64,000 bases of DNA from Eledone cirrhosa (Eukaryota), in NCBI GenBank assembly GCA_964016885.1, contig OZ024747.1:92256001-92320000 (forward strand), in the 5' to 3' direction. The notes under the pieces are model-generated. The model saw only the letters and a program-made list of their open reading frames with translations, was not told the origin of the DNA and searched no databases. Shown here in pieces: positions 41,066-56,198 of the stretch. The translations under genes were made by a program, and so were the position numbers. How positions within the stretch are numbered: the first letter of the stretch is position 1; each line of letters starts with the position of its first letter.

Positions 41066-42831
41066 CATTTATAAAGCATCAATGCCAGCACAAACATAAG
41101 CTAGGAGGCAGCGCAATAATATTGAACACAAAAGAATAAAAGAATTATATATTACTGGAGAGTTACAGGATTCTTAAACTAGGGCTATCACTTAGATGAA
41201 ATTATATTGAATTGATTAATTTTTATCAAGCCAAAGTGTTATGATGGACGAAACATTCGTATATTTCACGCGTTGAGGGCATTTCCCATCATAAGTATAT
41301 ACTTAGTCAGGCATTATCCTGAATTAACCAGAGATCAGCACCCATTAAGGAATGAGCTTATTGAAACAAGGTTCTAAAATGACTATCCCACATTTGTGGG
41401 ACAAATAAACATTTATGAGCAGGTGCTTTCGTATGTTGCGCAATCCTATATAAAAATGAATAAATCATTTTGATTTTTAAATCGTAACATTAAGCTCATG
41501 AGATTTTAATGAATCATTCAGTATAAAAGGTGGATATAAAGAATGGTGGGATGAAAGTATTGCGCATTTTACTATCAAGATTGTCTTTCTGTTTCTTTCT
41601 ATAACCAGGTTAGCAATTATCAGAAACGTCAAATAAATCTTACTTTGCATAGTAACAAACATTCTCATTCTTTGCGTACAATGACTTTGAGATGATTTAA
41701 TCGTAAATGTTCATTCCGGGTCACCTTCAATGTTTATTTGTGGGATTTATTAGTCTAAGACGTGTTACATATGCATTGTAATATAGTGGACTATCTAAAC
41801 AGCTAAATCGAATGTATATACGTCCATACACCAATACACAATAATTCTCTTTGTTCAAGTATATATTTGCTGGTTTGTTCTTTAATTACACCGTTAATAA
41901 TGTGCAAACTCAGTGTTACTAGTGTGATCAAGTTAATACAAGTAAATCTACATTTATTGTATATAGAGTTTTAAATACATAGTTTGAGGAAATGTGACGT
42001 CAATAACCAAGTCAGATTTAACACCAGTATATACAAGGTGTTCCAAGAGAATGTATACATACTTTCATAACCTATACAATCAATATGTATTAGAATGCTG
42101 TTGAAGTATGTATACATTTTGGGGGGACACCCTGTATATTTCAAACAGTAAACTGCCTGTAGTCAAAGACGTCTAGAAACATATTAGACGAATAATGAAA
42201 TCGTGGACTGCTTAGACATTTTATAAACATATTGAAATGTGAAATATAAAATCTGTAACTTCAATAACTACAAAGAAAATTATTAATAATTATTTCTACT
42301 TTTGGCACAAGGCCAGCAATTATCTCAGTGCATTACTGGTACTTTATTTCATCGACCCCAAACTGTACTCGTGTATTAATTAAACATTCCTCTCATCTTT
42401 TAAATTTTGTTTTCCTTGAAGAGTCGGAATTTAGATTATGTAATGCACGCGCACACGCTCATGAGTACACACACACACACAATTCTATTTGCACACACCT
42501 GTGTGTGTGTTACAACATATATATATATATACAATATATATATATACATACAATAAAGTATGTCCATAGAATCATTTGATAAAATATATACATTATTTCC
42601 TCTCCCAATCAGCATAATCAACCACACAAAAACTAATTAAACAAGGCTATAAGATTAAAAGGCACCTATGAAGAAATAATAGATAAATAAACTACAGCTA
42701 TCTATCCGCGATCAACAAGCACGTGGGAATCGGTTAAATATATCGTCAACCATACACAATTAGGTATAAAATCAAAGTTAGAAGAAAAAATGTATATAAG
42801 TATGCCAATATATATATATATATATATATAT

Positions 42832-43129
42832 AGAAGAGAAATAGGACGAAGGTAAACAGTTACAAAAGAATTTAATCCACGTATTAACAATTGTTTCATC
42901 AGAATTTCAGTCCATTATTGCTACACTATGTTATAATAGGCAATCAAGAAAGATACTGTAGCATCCGAATTTTCAAAATACAAAGTGAAAATTCGGATGC
43001 CACAGTATCTTTCTTGATTGCCTATTATAACATAGTGTAGCAATAATGGACTGAAATTCTGATGAAACAATTGTTAATACGTGGATTAAATTCTTTTGTA
43101 ACTGTTTACCTTCGTCCTATTTCTCTTCT
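42832..43129. repeat. 144-bp near-perfect inverted repeat with 10-nt spacer (family C)
   Basis: Arms 42832..42975 and 42986..43129, within a (TA)n-flanked segment ending near 43260. Confidence 0.9.
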
Positions 43130-43367
43130 TTGATTACACTCCTCGTTTGTTCGTGTTTCCACTACAGAATCCCTACCAACCTGTCGAGTCACCTTAACGT
43201 ATGTTGAGAACTTTCCTCACAACTTGTTCTACCAAGCTTTGGAATACTCCTAATAACTGAATATATATATATATAGTAATAATAATAAATTTGAAGACTA
43301 AAATCCAAAGAGAGCTATGATCCCGTTAAGAGTGAAAGCAGCGATTCTTTGCTTAAACTTTAATCTG

Positions 43368-43432
<65 letters not shown>

Positions 43433-43589
43433 TTGCAACGTTTTTTTATATGAAATCGTGTGTTGAAACAATTATTCTTATCTATGGGGAAGGTAATATT
43501 GCTAGAATGTTGCCAGAAAGAATAATTCACTGTTTGGTTTGGGTTGGTAAAATGGCGTAGGCATTACAATACAGTCCTGACTCTTTTCT

Positions 43590-43622
<33 letters not shown>

Positions 43623-43663
43623 GGGGAGAGAGATAGAGAGAGAGAGAGAGAGAAAGAAAGAGT

Positions 43664-43848
<185 letters not shown>

Positions 43849-43990
43849 GGACAAGTCGTTTTTAGTTATTTTTAGTTAACCGACACCAGCGTATGCATTA
43901 TATTTGTCTTTGAAATACGTATAACAGTGCTTACGCAACAAATTAAGCGATGAAAATCTGAACCTACTGGCTTCAACTTCATTATATATA

Positions 43991-44175
43991 GGGCGGTGAA
44001 TTGGCAGTATCGGTAGAGGGTTGGATGCCATGCTTTCTAGCATAGTTACGTCCCTTTACATTCTGAGTTCAAATCCCGCCGAGGTTAACTTTACCTTTCA
44101 TCCTTACGGGGTCGATAAAATAAAGTACCAGTAATGTACTGGGTAATTGCTGGCCTTGTGCCTAAAGTAGAAACA
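43991..44175 (+). mobile_element. Full-length major SINE with TSD
   Basis: TSD attatatata at 43981..43990 and 44176..44185. Confidence 0.85.
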
Positions 44176-45193
44176 ATTATATATATATATATATATATAT
44201 TAAACAGATCAAACGTATCTACATATACAGAATAACTGAATCAGTTAACCTTGGATGGCAATTATTTTATACTCTCTGTCATTAGTGTCGACATGAAAGT
44301 TATTCTAAAGACAACAAAAACAATCAATAATTTCAGAGATTAAGGGGAAGTTACTTTCTTAGCAGAGAACTAGAGGTATTATAACTTGTAGCATTCAAAG
44401 AAATTAAGAGAGGAATATAGATGACACATGAAGCTATCGAAAGTAGAAGGTTGAATTTCACCCATAGAATGTAGAGGTCATTATTGCACCAAGTGAGTGA
44501 TGATTAGAGTGAAGTCAAAGCAAATACAGACATCATCCTTTAGATCAAAATAGTAGAGGACGATCAGAAACCTACCGTGTGTCTCAAAGAGGAATAAAAT
44601 CTGTAGTAACCACATGAAGAGCACATCATGAGTAGTGTCGAAGACTGTGGTACCAGCCACGTCACAAACAGAAGAGGAAACAGGATTAATCTTCAGCCTA
44701 TAGAACTCACTTACACAAGCTTTATCTACGAGTTAGAATGACGTTACTCACTGATGCCAGACCTTCAGAGTGGAACCTCTCTGGGACCATTTCATAATCA
44801 GTTATTCTACCTAAGTGATAGTGTATCTGGAATCAACACTTTCAAATGCAGGGGTGACTACATACCTGAAATATAGTTGAAATTATTTACAGCGAGCTCT
44901 ACTAAAAGCAGTAAAGATCTGAAAACCAATAAAATTGGTAAATGTTTGCATGAGCAACAATATATCAAAAGGTCAGTTTGTAGAATGCTGTATGAATTTC
45001 TTCTTCTAACGACAATTAAATTTATTCAACATTGCACGAACGCTGCGAAAATGAGTTACGGGTCAGGGGGTGGTCTTAAAAAAGAGTAATTTACTACTCA
45101 TTTCCACAAAACTGTTTTTTTTCTTCAAGTATCAAAATGGTTGCATTACTGCATATCTTAACTAATTTCAACTACAAACTGATTGTATATTAT

Positions 45194-46143
45194 ACTAGCA
45201 GTAAAGCCCGGCGTTGCTCGGGGTCGCTCAGTAGCTGTGTTAAAGTTACAATGTTAAGTTTCTTTCTTGGCTTAAAAACTGTAGTGTCTACTGTGCAGAC
45301 TTGCATGTGGTGTTTTTGATTAATATTCCCTCAACCAACAATATGCCTTATGAAGTTAAGAAAACATAACGATAACCCGAATGTTATAACAAAAGAGGAT
45401 GTTGGGGATAGAAACTGCACTGGTTATTTATTAACAAAGATCGAAAATGTAAACACTGCAACGCAGAGAAAAACATTAGCGTAACCAAATTATCAGTTAT
45501 GTCTGTCTGCACGCCTATATCACCTCTCTGCACGACTGTCTGTCTGCACGCCTATATCACCTCTCTGCACGACTGTCTGTCTGCACGCCTATATCACCTC
45601 TCTGCACGACTGTCTGTCTGCACGCGTATATCACCTCTCTGCACGACTGTCTGTCTGCACGACTGTCTGTCTGCACGCCTAACGACGAAATATTTGCTTG
45701 TTTTACGTAGTCTTTAAATAGACTTGTTTTCAAGTAAAAATATTGTTTTAAAATGCTTTTAAATGGAAATGAAGCAAAACGGAAGCTTAGTGTTCGAACT
45801 GATGAATTTTGCAGGTCAATATTTTGCTGGCTCGACAACTGTTCGTGTATTGTGTTAATGTCATTTTAAACGCTGAGAAAGCCAGCGTAATTTTTTACGT
45901 AAGACGCTCAATGTAAACAGAACAAAGGGAAATAACTGATAACTTACGCTCAAAAATCGATACATTATATTCGATTTCGTCACATAGGGCGGGTCAATTT
46001 GAAATATTTTTTTTCCGATGTCTTCGCTAGGGCTCAATGTACAAGTATAGCAATTTCGGTGCAATTCCGTGAGAGATTCTAAGAGGAGATGTGTGCCAAA
46101 AATCGATAGACAGACAGACAACCACAGTTTTATATATATAGAT
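45194..46143 (+). mobile_element. Non-autonomous Helitron/Helentron-like element with internal 37-bp tandem repeat
   Basis: Starts actagcagtaaagcccggcgttgctcggg (short hairpin) and ends agacagacagac...ttttatatatatagat. Four-plus copies of tgtctgtctgcacgcctatatcacctctctgcacgac at 45500..45680. Confidence 0.6.
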
Positions 46144-46663
46144 TGGACATTTTTGACTACATTATCAGGTCTGACAGCTTTCAAATTGCTCTAAATTTAA
46201 AAGGTGTTTTATTTTTATTCATGAATACGCTTTTATAGTATTGTTCATTATCTATGCGAAATTTTACTGATATTATTGTTGTTTGATGATGATGAAGATT
46301 TACGTAAATAAAGAAACTACAGAAAAAAAAAAAATCCTGTTACAAAGAAAAGAAGATCATTTTGCATTGTTAACTCCTGTAATGTCTAGTGGTCTCTATA
46401 TTCTAAACAAACTTTAACTGGAGTGGATCCTTATTGCACCCTATAGAATATATATTTGACGAATTAGGTTAATCAAAATAGACGTAAAAGTTAATAAAAG
46501 ATGACTGGAAATTTATTCTTTCTCATTGCACATATTAAAAGTTCGAAACTTCTGGAACATTTTGAATCATACTTATATTCTATTAGTAGAAAGAAATATA
46601 CACTGCGGCTGAGATATAGAAGTTCTATACAGCCAAGTGATCTGCGTCGGTGTCTAATTATTA

Positions 46664-46726
<63 letters not shown>

Positions 46727-46747
46727 TATATATATACACACACACAC

Positions 46748-47453
<706 letters not shown>

Positions 47454-49685
47454 TAACAGATTAAAGTTTAAGCAAAGAATCGCTGCTTTCACCCTTAACG
47501 GGATCGTAGCCCTCTTTGGATTTTAGTCTTCAAATTTATTATTATTACTATCCTATCCGGATCTAGCTGTCGAAACGGCCGGATCTCAGACGTCGTGGTC
47601 CTGACTCTTTTCCTATTACCCGCTCTACTACCCTAAGTATTGAGTACTCTGGTGCGTTATGGTCCACCTGGTTCCTTACCACACTTTCTTTGTTATATAT
47701 ATATATATATCGGACATATTTTTTGCTATCACATTATATGCCTTCAGGAGTCTTCCTATCATTGCCTAATCAAAGCATACTACACCACAACACCCTTTTG
47801 CCTTCCTTCCATATTCTGTTTACCTATCCATATGCGGCATACGATATCACCATAGTAACAATAAACCTGCCACCAACCTTTGTGTTTCCTACATTCTGCA
47901 AGCTATCCTACTTCCTGAATTGTAAACAAATGTGTTGAACCTTTGTAAAATCCTATTCTTGACATTTTCAAAACTAATGTTGCTCCTTAAACACTGATCG
48001 CACCATTAAATCTACATTGATTCTTATTTTGTCTCTAATTCTATTCTACACATAACGAAAACAATTTCAAACATGTGTAAACGTGTCTGGTTGTTTTTAA
48101 TAGAAACCTTTTTTTTTTTCACAACGAGAATCTACACTAAATTTTCAAAACATATGACATTGTATTCCATCCTACAAAAAGTAACATCTCTGTGTCTGCT
48201 TCCTATCAACCTATATCCCAAAGATAAAAGAGACATTTGTAATCACATAAGTCAGTGTGGTGTCTCTAAAGTCAGAATACAGATACCAACATGATTCCTG
48301 CATTCTGATGTCACTTATTAGGAATCATTCGTTATTTAAAACTTTGCTGAAAGCGATTCTTTTTCTTTTGATATCCGAACTTTCGATAAAAAATGCACAA
48401 TGATGATATGAACCTGGCACCTATCTCAATTTCATGCATAATCCTTTCATTTCTTTTCAATATTCTCAATATCCTCAAACCTAGTGGTAGGCATTTTTGC
48501 AAAAACTTTAACCACCAGACCTCCATCTTTGTCTACAGTTTGTGCTGCATACATCAAATTACTGAAATGCAGAGTGTGTATCAGTTACATCTGCAGTACC
48601 ATCTGAAAACAACTTCAAAGCCTATGTGAACTTCTCTTTTGATTCAAATGTAAAATGATATATTTCCAATGACAATCTGCTTAAAGAAATATTACATATG
48701 CAAATATTTCCTCTAGATGTTCGTTGAATTTGAACTAAATATACGAATAGTTCTAAACAAACTGAGTCCATGAATAGGTCTCTATCCCATGATTCATCTA
48801 TATTACTTCACATATGTTTTTAATAGCATTGGATAAGCATTACAAGCGGAATTTTCGTTCCAACAACATAAAAATTAATAACTCCATCAAAATGTACAAA
48901 ATCAATAGTATGAAAGCTTTTCCAGCGGAGACGTAAAACCAATCAAAGAGAAAGCTGGTTTGATACTTTCTTCATCAGAGCGTGGCCTTATTAAAGCTCG
49001 ATTGTACAAACAGCAGTGAACAGAAACGTAGATAATGAGAGTTGCCTAGCGCTAGATAGATATAAAGTGGCGAATTTAGTGTAGTAGAGAGTTTGTAATT
49101 TAAAACAATCCTTGAAGATTGTTGATATTAGCACAGAAATAGGAAACAAAAATTAAAGCAAAACACCACAAACGCATCAACGCTTTATATTTATCGAATA
49201 GAAAGCAATAATCCTAATCTCTTATTTATATTTTGTGCTGATAGAATTATATATTCCTTAATCATTTAAGAAAGTAATTTCCACCATTCACTGTAATATC
49301 CAAGATTTCGTCAATCTATACGAAATTATTATAACAATCAGCTATATATATTTGCTACATCCAATGTGTATATCTGTTTAGTAACTCGGATATAGTAATC
49401 TGATATATATTTATCTCTGTCTTTTACCATGTAAATGTTTTCATAGTGAATGTAGAATACATAACACTGGTTTATGAATTATTCATCAACTAGCACAGTT
49501 CATTTTTTATCAGTAGGTTGTTATAATATAACACCTGCTTCTATGTTGAATATGTCATCCTTTCGATTTCAATAAATCTCCATACAGGGTCAAGTTTCTG
49601 AATAATATATAAGTACCTTACTGCTTATTTATGTGTCTCTCAGTGTCTTCCTCTGCATGTTTGCGTTTCAATACACACACACACA

Positions 49686-51047
<1,362 letters not shown>

Positions 51048-51198
51048 GGTAAGTTATTCCGGGTTGAATCGGAGGTAACCACAGTAAGTAAGGTACTCAA
51101 TACATACCAGAGTATAAAAGTTTTAATATAGATGAGATTCTACAGGACTAGAACTGTTTCATTCTTGAGAAATCATAAACAGTTCTAGTCCTGTAGAA

Positions 51199-51251
<53 letters not shown>

Positions 51252-52467
51252 TAACGAAGGAAATGTGGTAAGGAACCGGGTGGACCATAACGCACCAAAG
51301 TACTCAATACTTAGGGTAGTAGAGTGGGTAATAGGAACAAGTAAGACCCCGACGGCTGAGCTCAAGCCGTTTCGAGGGCTAATTCTGTACTGAATGAAAA
51401 TTTATTCTGGTATTAGAATAGCCGAGCTTATCAAGGGGTAATTCCATATATGGTCAAAGAGATAATCACCAGGATTGGTCACATCACAAGTTAGTAGTAA
51501 ATCTGTAATGGCAAATTGGTGGGGGAAGGGGTAGCTAAACCTGCCGGTAGGAGAAAAAGGGAGAGGGGGTGGAGTAGACCCATTCAAGCGTTGGTAGTGC
51601 TAGCTACAGCTGGGCGTGAGGTCAAAGAGGATACTGGGGAGGGGGGGGGGGGTCGAAACGGTAAGTAGAACAATGAAGGGTAAAACTATAAAAGGTACTG
51701 AGAGAGAAAAAAAAAATAAGCAAAGTCTGGTTACTAAGACTTAAGTCTCTCGCTATTGCTAGGCTAAAGAAATACATAAATAAATAAATAAATAAACAAA
51801 TAAGTGAATAAAAGAATAGATAAATAAATTTTAAAATATATATATATATATATATATGTAATGAAGAATAAAAAAATAAATAAATATAATAAAAATAAAC
51901 TAGGTGGGACGGAAATAAAGGGACCCTTATACGAGGTATAAGTGCGTGTATCGTACGGTGACGGGTCAACAAAGGGGGGGGGCCAAAATACTAAAGAGAC
52001 TAACACGAAATAATAAAGGTTTCTACCCCAATCACAGCAATAGCGAGAGACTTAAGTCTTAGTAACCAGACTTTGCTTATTTTTTTTTTCTCTCTCAGTA
52101 CCTTTTATAGTTTTACCCTTCATTGTTCTACTTACCGTTTCGACCTCCTCCCCCTCCCCCTCCCCAGTATCCTCTTTGACCTCACGCCCAGCTGTAGCTA
52201 GCACTACCAACGCTTGAATGGGTCTACTCCACCCCCTCTCCCTTTTTCTCCTACCGGCAGGTTTAGCTACCCCTTCCCCCACCAATTTGCCATTACAGAT
52301 TTACTACTAACTTGTGATGTGACCAATCCTGGTGATTATCTCTTTGACCATATATGGAATTACCCCATGATAAGCTCGGCTATTCTAATACCAGAATAAA
52401 TTTTCATTCAGTACAGAATTAGCCGTCGAAACGGCTTGAGCTCAGCCGTCGGGGTCTTACTTGTTCC

Positions 52468-52470
<3 letters not shown>
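51252..52470 (-). mobile_element. Longest family A PLE-like element, with ~430-bp inverted arms
   Basis: Arms 51331..51760 and 52036..52470, spacer 51761..52035, (TA)n on both sides. Confidence 0.85.
51346..51439 (-). ncRNA. Type I hammerhead with U3-A8 core (family A)
   Basis: ACCCC-TTGATAA-G..GGCTATTCT...AGAATTAGCC..C-GAA-ACGGC(TTGAGCTCA)GCCGT-C^GGGGT. The plus-strand arm copy (52362..52455) has ATGATAA. Confidence 0.65.
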
Positions 52471-52515
<45 letters not shown>

Positions 52516-52516
52516 C

Positions 52517-52547
<31 letters not shown>

Positions 52548-52725
52548 CACATATATATATATTTGATATATCTCATGAAATGATACAGCCAATTTTCCAC
52601 ACAATACAATTACTTAGCACCCCGAAAGTTTAATTAGGAATATACTCAGGTATTTCCTAATGTTTGTTGAGTGAGTTGGAATTTGGCCGGAGTATCGCTA
52701 TTAGCTTTCTCCGATTTTGTATTTA

Positions 52726-52769
<44 letters not shown>

Positions 52770-52978
52770 TATATAAATTGAAACAAAATGAAAACGAAAT
52801 TTCATTTCTCACTCTTAGTATGGCACTTACTTAAATGTAAGTATGCATGTATACGTACATACATATATGTATACAGACGTACAGTAGCATGCACATATAT
52901 ATATATATATACATATATACATACATATGCATACAGGTACACATACATATATGCACGTATCAGTTTGGCAGATGGGTA

Positions 52979-53023
52979 AACGGTGCTGATGATAGCTAAC
53001 AAGCTTGAAACTAGTACATCGTT
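52979..53023 (+). ncRNA. Minimal type I hammerhead ribozyme, copy 1
   Basis: AACGGTG-CTGATGA-T-AGC(TAACAA)GCT-T-GAAAC-TA-GTA^CATCGTT: 7-bp stem I, canonical core, palindromic ACTAGT stem III. Confidence 0.8.
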
Positions 53024-53444
53024 CCTGTGTCAGTGTTGAACAAAAAGGTGACGTGGTTGCCTTAACACCGTATGGCATAAATTCAGGCTGTTCAGTTTGT
53101 TTACAAACGAACAAAGCGACGTTAGCGCCGCTAAACTGATACGTGCATATATGTATGTGTACCTGTATGCATATGTATGTATATATGTATATATATATAT
53201 ATATGTGCATGCTACTGTACGTCTGTATACATATATGTATGTACGTATACATGCATACTTACATTTAAGTAAGTGCCATACTAAGAGTGAGAAATGAAAT
53301 TTCGTTTTCATTTTGTTTCAATTTATCGTTTTCGGTATGCCTGACCGATTTAACTCACTCAATATGCAAATTAGGCTGCTCAGCCGTTAATTTTCATAAG
53401 GAAAGTATATACTTTCGAACGTTCAACTATCTGGCAGATGGGTA

Positions 53445-53489
53445 AACGGTGCTGATGATAGCTAACAAGCTTGAAACTAGTACATCGTT
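53445..53489 (+). ncRNA. Minimal type I hammerhead ribozyme, copy 2
   Basis: Identical to copy 1, 466 nt downstream. Confidence 0.8.
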
Positions 53490-53799
53490 CCTGTGTCAGT
53501 GTTGAACAAAAAGGTGACGTGGTTGCCTTAACACCGTATGGCATAAATTCAGGCTGTTCAGTTTGTTTACAAACGAACAAAGCGACGTTAGCGCCGCTAA
53601 ACTGATACGTGCATATATGTATGTGTACCTGTATGCATATGTATGTATATATGTATATATATATATATATGTGCATGCTACTGTACGTCTGTATACATAT
53701 ATGTATGTACGTATACATGCATACTTACATTTAAATATATATATATATATACATATGTACGTAAATCATATACCTCTGGTTGGTGCGGGCAATAACTAA

Positions 53800-53964
<165 letters not shown>

Positions 53965-54003
53965 TATATATATATACAGATATATATATATATATATATA
54001 TAC

Positions 54004-54143
<140 letters not shown>

Positions 54144-54146
54144 ATA

Positions 54147-54246
<100 letters not shown>

Positions 54247-56099
54247 TATACATATGCATATATATTATTCAAAATATTAATAAATGAAATATGTTCTCAT
54301 AATCAAAATATATATTTTATTATTTCAAAGGTACAATGGTGTTTAAGTACGTTTTCATCAGACAAGATATAAGATTTGATATGCGACATACCGTAACGGT
54401 TTTGATTAAGGTATGTATAATAAAATATTTTGATTATAAGAATATTTTTCATTTATTAATATTTTGAATAATATTAAATACTCCATGAAAACTACTGTCG
54501 AGAGCTTCTAATCTATTGTAAAATTGTATTCGTTGAATAATCAACGAACCATATCAACCTTTGGTTAAATGCATATATCTGTATATGTATATATGTATAT
54601 ATATATGTATATATATATATATACACACACACAGATATATATATATATATATGCATATACATATTTATATATATATATATACACACAAAGATATATATGC
54701 ATATATGTGTATATATATATATACACACACAGATATATATATATGCATATATATATTTATATATATATATACACACAAATATATATATGAGTTTTATTGT
54801 AGCACAATAAAGCAATGCAAATATCGGATAAGTAGCACTCTACAGTTTGTAGGACTGGAGTATAAATAATATAAGATCGAAACATGGTTAAAAGAGTTCC
54901 AAGTATTTTATTATGCGTATTTCAAAAACAAATATCATCATGAGATGATATCTGCGTTTTCATCGGATAAAATAGGGATACATGATATGAAGGTTAAAAA
55001 ACACTTGTGAATAGTGAAGTTTTAAATCAACATATGAAAAATAATTTAAGATTGATGTGTGATATTGGGAAAAAGTGAGGGGGCTGGAAAGGGTAAGGAA
55101 TAGGAGGAGATGAGAGTAAAGAATGGTGGGGGAGGAGTATAAGAAGGAAGGATGAGAGAGGAGGAGAGATGGGTCATAGAGAGAGAGAGATAGCCTTTAC
55201 AACTGAGAAAAATATATATTGTCTCACAGGGAGAAGTTAAAAAGCCGTTGGAAGATAATAGATAATTTAAAAGAATTTGAAATTAAATGATGATGAAGAG
55301 AAAAAGGGGTTAAGAATAATATTAAATTAAGGTTTGTATATTGAAGGGTTTAATAATATGTGCGAGGAAAAGAAATTGTTAATATGTATTATTAAAATAA
55401 AAATATTAATGTTATTAAGGATATAATGTGAAAAGAAGTAGAAGAGTGGATGAGTTATGAATTTAGAGGAATTATTTAGTGTTTAAGTTTGTTTTTATGT
55501 AATGTAATATGTGTGCGTAATATATGTAAATAGTTTGTTTAAAAATGAGCGCAGAAAGCAAAGAAGAAAAGAATGTTTAAGGAAGAAAATATCTAACATC
55601 AAAAAATATATATGTTTACGAAATATTTTCTAATGGTAATAATATAATATATTAAAGGACATTAGTTAGGGTTTAAGTTTGTTTTATGTATTGTAATATG
55701 TAATATGTAAAAGTCAAACGAGCATGAGCGGAAGAGATAAGGAATTTAAGGAAGAAAAATCTAACGTCAAAATATACCCATCTTTCTACCTTATTTCAAT
55801 ATTATTTATTATATATTATATAATACAAGTTACTCATTCTATATCATTCCTCTTTATCACTTTCCTTTCTTCCTCTTTTCTTTTTTCTTTTTAATTTCTA
55901 ACCTCTAACCTGTACTTTTTCTTCCTAACTACTTCTCAATTCTTATTATTACTCACCACAACATATCCACTCTTCCATCTTTCTTCATATCATTGGCCAT
56001 AAAAATTATTATTATCTTTTAAATACATTATAGTATTACCTTTAATAGTCCTTCGGAAACATAAACATTTTTTGACGTTAGATTTTTCTTCCTTAAATT

Positions 56100-56197
<98 letters not shown>

Positions 56198-56198
<1 letters not shown>

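Larger units (their letters stand above)
52773..53734 (+). mobile_element. Non-coding PLE-like/retrozyme-like element (family D): inverted 194-bp segment, 466-bp unit, partial tandem copy
   Basis: 52773..52966 is the reverse complement of 53133..53326. Direct repeat 52966..53268 / 53432..53734. (TA)n flanks. Confidence 0.85.

Noticed and set aside
48950-48985. CTGATGA followed by a hairpin on the minus strand (similar case near 54340..54365)
   Set aside because: No intact GAAA or stem I/III context.
54830-56100. AT-rich segment with internal direct and inverted similarities, possibly a decayed Penelope ORF
   Set aside because: No diagnostic RT or GIY-YIG motif could be read, so it was left uncalled.
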